From positions 1-64,000 of the IMG/VR virus record IMGVR_UViG_3300043344_000002: a stretch of 64,000 bases of DNA. One strand, given 5' to 3'. The notes beneath the pieces are model-generated. The model saw only the letters and a program-made list of their open reading frames with translations. It ran no database searches and had not been told where the DNA came from. The translations under genes and the position numbers were made by a program. The first letter of the stretch is position 1. Each line of letters begins with the position of its first letter. The stretch comes from a virus (Duplodnaviria > Caudoviricetes). This document shows positions 27,600-36,931 of this stretch, in pieces.

Positions 27600-29528
27600 C
27601 TACTCGTTGACGCCGACGTACGGAATGGACGCCAACGGGGTGTTCAAGATAAGCGCTTCTTGGGCATCAAGAACAGACGTGTCAGCCTGTGGATTCGCTG
27701 CAACGAGTGCAGCACGATCACGCGTGATTTCATCGAGACGCATGAATTTATCGTGAAGCTTGGTGATCTGGTCTTCCTCGACCGTGTCCTTCATTACGAT
27801 GTCGATGATTGTGATTGAGTCGTGAATCTCAGAGCCAATGCGGTGGTTGCGACTCTCCTTCTGGACCTCCGCAACGAGCGACCACGAGCGCTGCAAGTTG
27901 ATGAGTGTATCAGCAGCGGTCATGTTCAACCCGACACCACCCGCGGCATTGGTGAAGAGCAAGACCTTGATCTGTCTCTTCTGCAGTGCGTCAAGTGCGC
28001 GCTCACGTTCCACTGGTGAGACGTCGCCTGTGATGAGAGCGTATCGCACACCGAGCTTGTCGAGTCGCTTCGTCGCGAGGTTGATGAGCTGCTTAAACTC
28101 AGCAGCGATGATGACGGGCGCACCAGCGTACGACTGTGAGAGGATGCCCTTTTCCTCGAGAACTTCTTCGAGCGCATCAAGTTTAGGTGACGGTTCAGAG
28201 AGAACAACGTCCCACTGCGTGATGTCATCAGGATCGCGTTTGTTCATCTTCACAGATGATGATGCTACTTGCATGAGACGAAGTGATGCCTCAAGATTTG
28301 ATGGTGCAATGAAGAGATCACCGTCAGGTGTACGCGTGATAAGCCGACTCTTCAGTTCACCGTACATTTTCGCTTGTGTGTTGCTCATATCGACGTAACG
28401 TGTCTGTCGCACTTTAGGTGGAAGCTGTGGAAGCACGACGGCTTTGAGCATTCGCCGAAAGCGAGGATCCAGGAGTTTGAAGAGTTCATCGCGTGTGTCG
28501 GGATTGATGCCGATGATGTCAAGCTTCCCGAACGCATTCCACGCAGCTAGGCAGTACCTGTCCACGAATTGGGACTTAGTTGGAAAATCCTCAGGCGCGA
28601 CCGCGTGCATGATGGACCACAGATCACCCGGGTGATTCGCGATGGGTGTTCCCGTCAAGGCCCAGCGGTACTCAACGCCTGGCTGATGCATCATTTGCCA
28701 GATGGCACGAGTCTGCAATGCCGCTGGATTTTTCACGCGGTGTGCTTCATCGAGGGTCACCGTTACGAACTTGAACTCGTTGAGTTCCTTGATGTGCACT
28801 TCACAGCGAGCTGTCGTGAGACCAACATCACCGTGTTTTGGATCGCACACGGTGCATCGCTTCAGGCGTGTTGAGCCGTAAGGCGCTAGGCGCGTGAATC
28901 CCTTCACCGACTCAATGTTCATAAGTACGATGCAGTGCGGATTGTTCTTGGCTTCTTTGAGTAGCTTGCGCTTCTTAGCTGCAGTGCCCTCAATGTTGTA
29001 CACGTGCGCCGTGGGCATCCACCGACTGACTTCGTTTACCCAGTGGCGCTTTACCGAGTTAGGACAGATGATGAGAGCAGGCAGTGCGTTTTTACGTTCG
29101 TGCTCATGCGCAAGATTAAGTGCTAGTGTTTGAAGACTTTTGCCTGTTCCCATATCATCACCAAGTAGCCCTGACTTGGCTCGTCGCATGAACTCAACGC
29201 CAGCACGTTGATATGAATACAGGTGTTCATCGAGGCCTGGAATCGCCGGCCACTCAAGCAAGCTGCGAACCTCGAGAGCCGGATCAATGCGCTCTCTACG
29301 GAGGACCCAGGCCCAGTCGATGAGTGCTGGAGTGAGCGTGAACGTCTCCTTGAACACACCACGAAGTGTTACGAGTGAGGCCCAGGTTGGTGGCACAGCC
29401 CAGATCTTCTTGTTGGGCAGCCACTTGCAACCAGAGACCTTTTTCACAAGTTCTTTTGCGTTCCATTCGGTAACAAGTGTGATTACTTGATTACCTTTTT
29501 CATCAACGCCAATGTCACCAAGAGGCAT
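27600..29528 (-). CDS. SNF2-like DNA helicase
   Basis: DDMGTGKS, DEAH, LTGTP, GGVGLN and Q..SR.HRIG motifs. Confidence 0.9.
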   Translation of the reverse strand: MPLGDIGVDEKGNQVITLVTEWNAKELVKKVSGCKWLPNKKIWAVPPTWASLVTLRGVFKETFTLTPALIDWAWVLRRERIDPALEVRSLLEWPAIPGLDEHLYSYQRAGVEFMRRAKSGLLGDDMGTGKSLQTLALNLAHEHERKNALPALIICPNSVKRHWVNEVSRWMPTAHVYNIEGTAAKKRKLLKEAKNNPHCIVLMNIESVKGFTRLAPYGSTRLKRCTVCDPKHGDVGLTTARCEVHIKELNEFKFVTVTLDEAHRVKNPAALQTRAIWQMMHQPGVEYRWALTGTPIANHPGDLWSIMHAVAPEDFPTKSQFVDRYCLAAWNAFGKLDIIGINPDTRDELFKLLDPRFRRMLKAVVLPQLPPKVRQTRYVDMSNTQAKMYGELKSRLITRTPDGDLFIAPSNLEASLRLMQVASSSVKMNKRDPDDITQWDVVLSEPSPKLDALEEVLEEKGILSQSYAGAPVIIAAEFKQLINLATKRLDKLGVRYALITGDVSPVERERALDALQKRQIKVLLFTNAAGGVGLNMTAADTLINLQRSWSLVAEVQKESRNHRIGSEIHDSITIIDIVMKDTVEEDQITKLHDKFMRLDEITRDRAALVAANPQADTSVLDAQEALILNTPLASIPYVGVNE

Positions 29529-30091
29529 TATGCGCCGTTCTTTCGTCTTGCTGCATTACTTGCGATGCGAGTTGCGGCAATTTTCTTATTACGAGCTTCT
29601 TTTTGTTCTGGAGTCAATCTAGCGTAACGCTCACGTGCCATAGCACTACGTTCTTCTGGAGTTGACTTTGCTTTCCACGCACCTTTTGCTGCGAGACCTG
29701 CTTTACGCGAAATTTCTGATCGTCGTTCTGGTGAAAGAGCAGCCTGTCGTCCTGCGGCTGCACGCTTTCCACGCTCAGTGCCATGCGCTTTTTCGTGACA
29801 ACGAGTACAAAGCCATTGGACACTGAGATGATGCTCTTCGCTATAACCCATATGATGATGCGCCACAATTTTGTTCGGCGAATCACCACAATCTTGACAA
29901 GATGTAGGCCTTATGAGAACACCATCACGTACAGCACGTGATACTGCTCGATGTGCCAAACGTTGTTCTTGTGGAATCACGCACGTTCTCCTAGCGTACG
30001 ACGCGAAGTGCGTGACGTCCGGTTGCCTCTTCGTGAAGACTGGTGGCCCACTCGATGTTGGCACCGGTGTGAATTTGATTAAAGTATGCAT
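29528..30091 (-). mobile_element. HNH homing endonuclease-like gene
   Basis: C..C, AHH..GY, WLC..CH; basic (S/T)PE.R repeats; visibly AT-richer than neighbours. Confidence 0.75.
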
Positions 30092-30235
30092 TCATCGACT
30101 TCTTGTCGATGGCATTCGCTAGGAATGCAGCAATGAGGCCCACTATCCAGGCAGTGACCATTTCTGAGAGAGACATGCCATAATCCTTTCCGATATTCCG
30201 TGTTAAGGAGAATCTATCAAGTAATTACACGACGG

Positions 30236-30745
30236 TTAGACACCCGAGTTGGCAAGCATTGCGTCAAAAATGGACGCCTTAAAGCGAGCAAGAGCGAGTG
30301 TCGCATGACGTGCTGCGTCGTTTACGTCATTCGCGTCGGGCAGGTTAACCTCTTTTGGCGTCGTGTAAAAACCAAGTCGTTTCAGCATTTCGTTAGGCGC
30401 AAATGCCTTTACATCACCCGGCGGCATCATAACGAAGCGAGTCGAGAACCGTTCGATGAGTATCTTAACGATGCCAATCGCCTGCAGAGCGGTTGGCTGC
30501 TGCGTACGCTTTCCAGTCTCCGGAGTTACTGTGTACCGCTCGCAAGCGACTAGCGCACCCTCTGAACTCTTGTTAGCGGCGTAGAGTGTCTCCTCCAACC
30601 AGTTTACTGCCGTCGAAACGTCGGTCTGTAGAAAGTGCATGCGTTCTGCGTGCTTTTCATGAAGTTTGAGCGCGAAAATGCCCATACTGTCACCGGGATC
30701 GACACCGATGATAAGACCAAGAGGTTTGATGATTGTCATCCGCAC
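30236..30745 (-). CDS. RuvC-like Holliday junction resolvase
   Basis: IGVDPG, ACE.Y and D..DAARH motifs. Confidence 0.75.
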   Translation of the reverse strand: MRMTIIKPLGLIIGVDPGDSMGIFALKLHEKHAERMHFLQTDVSTAVNWLEETLYAANKSSEGALVACERYTVTPETGKRTQQPTALQAIGIVKILIERFSTRFVMMPPGDVKAFAPNEMLKRLGFYTTPKEVNLPDANDVNDAARHATLALARFKASIFDAMLANSGV

Positions 30746-32544
30746 TCACCCCAACGTTGTCCTACGTCAATGGAAGAAGTGATTGGCACGCTGAGTAGTT
30801 TATCGTCATTCATGACATCATGCAATGTTACCATGACATCGTCGAACACATCATTGGGAATGTCAAGGTCAATCTCGTCGTGCACGGGAATTGTCATATA
30901 TGGTCCGAGTCCAGCAGCATCAGCCTCCACAATCTTCATCTTGAGAATCTCGCCAGCTGTGCCCTGGATTTTGTAATTAACCAACGCATACAACTTACCC
31001 GCGTCAACTGTAAACTTACGACCAGTGAGTGGTGAACGTACGTACGCTTCACCAGTCAGGTTGAGATTCGCGCGACCTTCGGCTTCCACTTCTTTAATCC
31101 AGGTGGGTACACGCTCGTACGTCTTATCGAAGTCACGCATAAACTGACCGGCTTCATCCTCAGGTACGCCTGCGGTCTTAGCGAACTTCGGGATACCCGC
31201 GCCGTAGATCTTCGCGTAACCACCATTCTTAAGCAGCTGCCTACGAGGATCAGCCTTTGCAAAGTCAGGCTCGTGAAACAGTCGAGTTCCCATGTTAACG
31301 AAAAAGTCACCGGGAGTCATGAACGCTTCAATCATACCCGGGTCTTGTGACATATGCGCCATGACCCGCATTTCGATCTGCCCGAAGTCTGCCTTAGCCC
31401 AACGATGATCGATCGATGCAATGAAGCAATTGCGAATCTTTTTGCCAAACTTAGTCCTGACCGGGACGTTTTGAAGATTGGGATCGCTCATCGACATGCG
31501 ACCCGTGCGAACTCCAGAGCCTCCACCAGGCTCGAATGGGTTCTTATCGGTGCCACCGACCGTATTGATCGATGGATGGATCTTACCGTCCCACTCCGAC
31601 ATCTTAAGATAGTTCGCGAGGTAGGTCGATACCATCTTCTGTGCACGCCGACGGCCGAGGACAGTTGCTGCTAGCGGGTGATCAATGCTCTCGAGAACCT
31701 CTTTGTCCAGTGAGTAAGCGCCACCGTCGGTCATCTTGGTGAACTCGACTCCGAATGACTGAAGCTTCTCGATGACCTTGGCGTTGGCGCCAGGCGAGAT
31801 GCCATGGACGTCATGGCACCACTTCTCAGCCTGATCGACGTATACGCTAAGTTCATCCATCAACTTCTGTGTGTACTCACGGTCGACGACGACACCCTTG
31901 TTCTCCATACGGCGAGCAACCCACGACACTGCAAGTTCAAGTTCGTATGACTTAGGCGCCTCGGCCATCACCCGCGGGTAGAGCTCATCCTTGAGTTGCA
32001 TGGTGAGAATCGTGTCGAGCCCACCATACATCCAATAGGCCTCGAGGTCAATTGGCACTGTGGCCCAGTTCCAGCCACCGGCCTTCATCGCATCGTCCAG
32101 TTGATGCTGGAAGTTGCCTGCACGCCTATCGACGAGACGTCGCGTGAGAGTCTTGAGCGCAGTGGAGCCGGTCGACTCGAGAACGTGCGACATGAGTCGA
32201 GTGTCGTGGCACCTGGACTCAGGCAATGATACACCGAGAGTGCCGCGAATCATATCCGCGTCATATGTCAAGTTATGCGCGACGAACGTTCCCTGGAAGC
32301 GCTTGAGCATATCTGCGCCGAACGCTCCCCACCCGGGAAAGTCGATGGGAATGCAGTACGCGGTTTGTCGGTCACCGAACTGGAGAAGACGTACCTTATC
32401 GATGCGTGTGTTCAAACCTGTGCCCTCGCTATCGATGGCGACTTCATCACACGTCGATAGCCACCTCTGACACTCCCAAGCAGTCTCAATGTTGTCAATG
32501 TAATGAATACCACGAACCTCATCAAGACTCACGCGGAACCTCAC
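30736..32544 (-). CDS. polA: family A DNA polymerase with 3'-5' exonuclease
   Basis: DSEGTG, HN..YD, TGRMS...PNLQN, ADF.QIE.R, K...Y..IYG, IQGTA and VHDE motifs. Confidence 0.95.
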   Translation of the reverse strand: MRFRVSLDEVRGIHYIDNIETAWECQRWLSTCDEVAIDSEGTGLNTRIDKVRLLQFGDRQTAYCIPIDFPGWGAFGADMLKRFQGTFVAHNLTYDADMIRGTLGVSLPESRCHDTRLMSHVLESTGSTALKTLTRRLVDRRAGNFQHQLDDAMKAGGWNWATVPIDLEAYWMYGGLDTILTMQLKDELYPRVMAEAPKSYELELAVSWVARRMENKGVVVDREYTQKLMDELSVYVDQAEKWCHDVHGISPGANAKVIEKLQSFGVEFTKMTDGGAYSLDKEVLESIDHPLAATVLGRRRAQKMVSTYLANYLKMSEWDGKIHPSINTVGGTDKNPFEPGGGSGVRTGRMSMSDPNLQNVPVRTKFGKKIRNCFIASIDHRWAKADFGQIEMRVMAHMSQDPGMIEAFMTPGDFFVNMGTRLFHEPDFAKADPRRQLLKNGGYAKIYGAGIPKFAKTAGVPEDEAGQFMRDFDKTYERVPTWIKEVEAEGRANLNLTGEAYVRSPLTGRKFTVDAGKLYALVNYKIQGTAGEILKMKIVEADAAGLGPYMTIPVHDEIDLDIPNDVFDDVMVTLHDVMNDDKLLSVPITSSIDVGQRWGECG

Positions 32545-33034
32545 AGCCGTGTCGGTACATCCATGATTGCGTTTTAGGGATATTACACACCGGACAAGGC
32601 GTGCGAATAACTTTCTTTCCTAGTTTTTGCGCAGCAAGTTGTGCACGAATTTCAGGTGTATGAGTCTTTCCATAAAAGCCGTTTTCTTCGCCTGATCGTC
32701 CGGTATTGCGCATTAGACCACTGTCGTAAGCCTCTTTTACACCTTCACTGATTTTCTTACGCTGTTCATCAGTGAATTTAATACCATGTCGACGAGCATG
32801 TACTTTTTGATGACATGATTGACAAAGCCACTCGATGTCGGTCAAGTGGTCATCATCATATCCGTTTGAATGATGTGCGTCAATTAGTGCTTTACCATTT
32901 TTCGCAACACCTGGGCATGCATTGCAGCGAGAACACTCTTTTGGGCGAACGAGTACACCATTCTTAAGAGCCCGATTGACTGCGCGACGCGCTTTCTTAC
33001 GTTGCTCTACATCCACATCACGGGTGTCAATCAA
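32522..33034 (-). mobile_element. HNH homing endonuclease with NUMOD3-like tail
   Basis: AHH..GY, WLC..CH; G.EN.FYGK.HT.E; AT-richer than neighbours. Confidence 0.8.
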
Positions 33035-33179
33035 CGAATGCTCCTATTGTAGCCAGTCGAATGATCCGCGTACCTTACGCTGCACGGCCTTACGACCATG
33101 CTTACGACCAAGTCCATAGGCAAAGCAAACTGCGACGAAGATAAGTACGAATTCCATATCAGTTCCTATGTTCCGAGAA

Positions 33180-33869
33180 TCAGAGCAGTTCGGCATGTAC
33201 GTCAACACCGAGTGACAAGAGTAGACGAGTACCACTGTCATCGCGGTACTGTTCAGCGGCGACGACTCGAACAATGCCTGCGTTCATAATCAGCTTGGCG
33301 CACTCCAAGCATGGAGCCATGGTCGTGTACAACGTAGCACCTTCGGTTGCCACGCCATTCTTCGCGGCAAATGCGATGGCGTTAGCCTCAGCATGAACAC
33401 TGAACTTACACGGTTGACGTGATGCGCATTCTACCCAGTGATGCTTGGGATCAGGGTTCGTTGGCAGCTTTGTGCAGTCACACGCGTGATTACAGTGAGG
33501 AAGTCCGGCGGCGGTGCCGTTGTACCCACTGGACACTGGCCTCGTCTCAATGACGATGACAGCACCGACCTGTGCGCGAGAGCATGTGGCACGATCGGCC
33601 ATCAACTTTGCCATTTGCATGAGTGTCTGATCCATCGATGGACGCGTGATGACGACCTTACGAAATGGTACCACAAATTGTGCGTGATACTTACGAAGCG
33701 TTGCGATGGCCTCATCGCGAGTGATGAAGAACATTGTTGACTTACGCTTATCAGTGGCGGTCCAGGAGTATCGCAGACCGTGATTTGTGATACTCGCCCA
33801 CGTAATTCCAATGCGTTCACCATCGTTGGTAAAGATAGCCATGGCTGTGTCAGAACTTTCCTCACTCAT
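33180..33869 (-). CDS. dCMP deaminase
   Basis: C.R.QVGAV, GYNG, HAE.NA and PC..CAK motifs. Confidence 0.9.
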   Translation of the reverse strand: MSEESSDTAMAIFTNDGERIGITWASITNHGLRYSWTATDKRKSTMFFITRDEAIATLRKYHAQFVVPFRKVVITRPSMDQTLMQMAKLMADRATCSRAQVGAVIVIETRPVSSGYNGTAAGLPHCNHACDCTKLPTNPDPKHHWVECASRQPCKFSVHAEANAIAFAAKNGVATEGATLYTTMAPCLECAKLIMNAGIVRVVAAEQYRDDSGTRLLLSLGVDVHAELL

Positions 33870-34735
33870 ACTGGTACCGTATCTTCACTTGGGAGTAGGG
33901 TCTCGATTAGGTCAAGCTGCTTAGTGTACCACGGATTGGCTTCATCTTCAGCCGTTGTCGTGTTGCCATCAAGCAGGTAGGCTGCTATGTCGATTGAGTA
34001 CGTCTCGCGGTTGGGTGAGCAAATGCCAAGTGGCAAGTCAACGAAATCGATGTCAGTCGGCGCGTGCAACTTATTCGCAGCTGCGATGTCACGCTCGTAA
34101 ATGTGTAGACTTGTCGTGTGGTGCACGTACTGACCAACGGGCATACGCAGTTCATTTGCGATGGTGTGTTGAAGCTGCGTGAACATGAAGATGTCGTATG
34201 GTACGCCCAACCACACGTCCTGACTACGCATGTGCGTGTGCATCTCTAGTGCTGCAAAGCCATGACCACTCTCGCGAATGAGAAATTGGAAGAACACGGT
34301 GCACGGCTTATCACCAACGTGTCGAAGATCTGCCTTGTTCCAGATGCTCACAATCGCTTGCCGACTGGACGGATCATCCTTGAGGAGTGCGATGCAGTCT
34401 GCGAGCTGTTCGACCACGCGCGGACCGTACGCTCCGTAATCGGGATCTGTAGCATCCACCAGGACACTTTCGAACGTTGGAGCAGCTACCCTGACCAGGT
34501 CGGCTCGGGCAACACCAGAGATGAGCTGGAGCGCTTCAAGCGCCGCCAACTTCAGGTTCACCCCACGTCCAACACCGATTGGAAGTAGTGGTTCGAGCGT
34601 GTTGGGAATGATCATTGTCACAGCAGTGAGTTCACGCGTCGGCATGTCGCGTACGACTACGTGTTCACCACGATTGATCACATGGTTTACGAGCTTGACG
34701 TAACTACCACGTAGATCATTGAGCTTCAGTTCCAT
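33866..34735 (-). CDS. thymidylate-synthase-fold enzyme, probably dCMP hydroxymethylase/hydroxylase
   Basis: YGPR, SRQA, PC, RSQD..LG.PYD and SLHIYE motifs; Asp at the position that is Asn in ThyA. Confidence 0.75.
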   Translation of the reverse strand: MELKLNDLRGSYVKLVNHVINRGEHVVVRDMPTRELTAVTMIIPNTLEPLLPIGVGRGVNLKLAALEALQLISGVARADLVRVAAPTFESVLVDATDPDYGAYGPRVVEQLADCIALLKDDPSSRQAIVSIWNKADLRHVGDKPCTVFFQFLIRESGHGFAALEMHTHMRSQDVWLGVPYDIFMFTQLQHTIANELRMPVGQYVHHTTSLHIYERDIAAANKLHAPTDIDFVDLPLGICSPNRETYSIDIAAYLLDGNTTTAEDEANPWYTKQLDLIETLLPSEDTVPV

Positions 34736-35700
34736 TAGGACCCTTCAACACGATCGTAGAGTGTTACCTGATTACGATCGATGATATCGCTTACATACTC
34801 TGCCGCTGAACCGTGCTTAAACCTGCGAATGAATTGGGGGTGATGAACTGAACGATCAACCCAGTGCGCTTCCTTGCCCGCTTTACGACCAAGTGCAACC
34901 GACGTTGGCGTACCCAACGTGTGTCGTAGCAAGTGAATGTCATCAACGTCGCACGCGTTGGCGATACCGATGGTGTTAAGCCAACGTGGGTCGGCGTGCC
35001 GAGCAAGTGCGTTTGTGAGGTAGTGCCCAGAGGTGGACGGGTATGGCATAAACGCTGGACGGAAGTCACCTCGATCTCGCGGAAGTTCAAGATCGTGACG
35101 TACATCACCAACGAGAAGCAACCTCGGTGAGGGCGGGCCAATATACGTTATGAACGAATTGAGCTTCGCTGTGGCCGTCGACTCAACGCAAGCTCGATGA
35201 ATGATGGCTTGGATGGTGTCATCAGTCACGTGTCGGCCATCTACGCGAACTACCGGCAGTATGGTCTTTTCTTCGACGAAGCTGTAGAGCGTGTTGAGCT
35301 CGTGACCCTTGCCCGGTTCAATGAGATCATCACCGCGACGAGAGATGCACTGCTCAAGAGTGCGATCATCAGCCATCACATGAACAACAATCGCACCACG
35401 GGAGCGAAGAAACAACTCAATGTGTAGGTTGATGCCGGGGTCCAGTTGGGAGGGACGGTGTAGTACCGTGGGGTAGACCGATTCGCCCCAGTGGAACCGA
35501 TCGCAGATGATGTGGTGCCCGATTTGGGGGCGGTAGCGAAGTAGTGGAGTTTCGTACTCATCGAGTGGATGCAATTCAGGTGGACCCTTATGAATAAGAG
35601 TCACGTCGTTGTTGGGAAATTGCTTCTCGAGTTCACATGCGAGTTTACTCGCAAGAGTTGATTTCCCGCTACAGTCGGGCCCTTCGAGAATTATGAGCAA
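34735..35700 (-). CDS. dNMP kinase fused to a UDG-superfamily-like domain
   Basis: EGPDCSGKST and DR.HWGE; C-terminal LLLVGD...SG.YL...N...VALG..A...HHPQ. Confidence 0.7.
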   Translation of the reverse strand: MLIILEGPDCSGKSTLASKLACELEKQFPNNDVTLIHKGPPELHPLDEYETPLLRYRPQIGHHIICDRFHWGESVYPTVLHRPSQLDPGINLHIELFLRSRGAIVVHVMADDRTLEQCISRRGDDLIEPGKGHELNTLYSFVEEKTILPVVRVDGRHVTDDTIQAIIHRACVESTATAKLNSFITYIGPPSPRLLLVGDVRHDLELPRDRGDFRPAFMPYPSTSGHYLTNALARHADPRWLNTIGIANACDVDDIHLLRHTLGTPTSVALGRKAGKEAHWVDRSVHHPQFIRRFKHGSAAEYVSDIIDRNQVTLYDRVEGS

Positions 35701-35718
35701 CTTACTTTCCTTTGATCG

Positions 35719-35955
35719 TTACTTGGTGATGTACTCTGCGTTACGTGCGACGATGAGTCTATCATCTCCATCACCATCTGAGCTAGTAATAGCTTCGATG
35801 ATGGACACAACGTCGGTCTCGAGTTCATACGCGATGGCTTCATCCACCGTCATATCGGGGTATGCGTCGAGTTGAATGTCAGCCGTGTACACCAACTCGT
35901 ATTTCACTCGAATGAAACCGGACTTGTGCTCATCAGAGAGTGGAGGCATCTTCAT
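35719..35955 (-). CDS. small acidic hypothetical protein
   Basis: ORF in the operon, overlapping the upstream gene. Confidence 0.45.
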   Translation of the reverse strand: MKMPPLSDEHKSGFIRVKYELVYTADIQLDAYPDMTVDEAIAYELETDVVSIIEAITSSDGDGDDRLIVARNAEYITK

Positions 35956-36277
35956 CCCTTGCCTGTGCCTTCATGAACTCGATGTAGTGAATGGCCTTAT
36001 CGAGATCCTCGATGCCACCCTTATCGCGATACCGAGTGACGAGCTTGATCACGTTACCCTGACAGAAGTCCAGTGAGTTCGCCAGAATGTACTCGATTGG
36101 CTGGATCGCAAGCTGCCGATAGTGGTTGCCGCCAACTTGCCGTTCGAGAGGCTGAGGAAGACTGGAGGCCCCAGCGGATTGCTTAAATTCTTCGATTATG
36201 TCTTGCGCATACTGCGGTAGGGGAACTGATGTCATGATGGATCGCTCACCAGCGGGTTCGTTGATCATAGCTCCCAT
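35933..36277 (-). CDS. DUF3310 / T7 gp1.7-like protein
   Basis: QVGG.HY, IQPIE, F..GN.IK..R...KGG.EDL.KA.HY. Confidence 0.85.
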   Translation of the reverse strand: MGAMINEPAGERSIMTSVPLPQYAQDIIEEFKQSAGASSLPQPLERQVGGNHYRQLAIQPIEYILANSLDFCQGNVIKLVTRYRDKGGIEDLDKAIHYIEFMKAQARDEDASTL

Positions 36278-36353
36278 GTGCTCTCCTGTTTAAATCCCAG
36301 GTGGGAATTAAAAGAGGGGACCGGGCCTACCCTGGCCCGGCCCCCAAGAATGT

Positions 36354-36425
36354 TGTCACGTGCCGGATTCGAACCGGCGACATACAGATTATAAGTCTGT
36401 GGCTCTACCACTGAGCTACCGTGTC
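36354..36425 (-). tRNA. tRNA-Ile(TAT)
   Basis: ACAGA-CT TAT AA-TCTGT; canonical D and T arms; two acceptor-stem mismatches. Confidence 0.75.
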
Positions 36426-36479
36426 GGCTGTTACCTGTGATTACGTTTCCGACGACGTTTAAGAGCAAGACTCAGGTTT

Positions 36480-36563
36480 AATTCGCAAGCGTGTTGCCGC
36501 TAACACCATGCGCGCATGATTTGGAGCGCGCACCTGGATTCGAACCAGGGTCTCTCGCTAATT
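36480..36563 (-). ncRNA. circularly permuted tRNA-like module 2 (Gly-like acceptor with internal UCCA)
   Basis: GCGAG-AGAC-CCTGG TTCGAAT CCAGG-TGCGCGC-TCCAAATCAT-GCGCGCA-TG-GTGT TAGCGGCA ACAC-G-CTTGC. Confidence 0.8.
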
Positions 36564-36651
36564 GGGTCAAGCCCGGTTGATCCGGAATCGCACAAGCTGA
36601 GTTTGAGGTCTGTGGTACGACAAGTTGATTTGTGAAGCTGAAGAGACCGCG

Positions 36652-36724
36652 TCCGGTGCCTCTGCCATTGGGCTACCTCAGCATGAGTGCCGAGGGTAGG
36701 GGTCGAACCTACGCTATGTCCGGA
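36652..36724 (-). ncRNA. circularly permuted tRNA-like module 1
   Basis: TCCGG-ACATAGC-GTAGG TTCGACC CCTAC-CCTCGGCA-CTCA-TGCTGAGG-TA-GCCCAATGGCAGAGGC-A-CCGGA. Confidence 0.8.
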
Positions 36725-36758
36725 TTCTTCGCTTATTGAAATTGAGGTTGGTACCGCG

Positions 36759-36853
36759 CTGCGTAGACGGGATTCGAACCCGCAGACTTCCAGGCATCTT
36801 CCACCACAAAGATGTTGTTCCTGGCTGCTCTGAACCGTGTGAGCACCTACGCA
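36759..36853 (-). ncRNA. tRNA-like RNA with a 25-nt structured insert in place of the anticodon loop
   Basis: TGCGTAG/CTACGCA; D arm GCTC..GAGC; CCAGG-AACAACATCTTTGTGGTGGAAGATG-CCTGG; GCGGG TTCGAAT CCCGT. Confidence 0.75.
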
Positions 36854-36931
36854 AACCTTGCAGATCCGAACATTCCCCGGTCGTCGATTCGCGGACGAAT
36901 TTGGTCGACTAGGAAACTCTATCAAACGCGA

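Noticed and set aside
35547-35565. Minus-strand hammerhead-like core CTCGATGAGTACGAAACTC
   Set aside because: Lies inside the kinase CDS (LDEYET), lacks CUGA and has no supporting stems
36500-36925. 141-aa ORF over the structured RNA (also 16566-16814 and 36265-36468)
   Set aside because: No RBS or protein-like composition; they overlap tRNA-like structures
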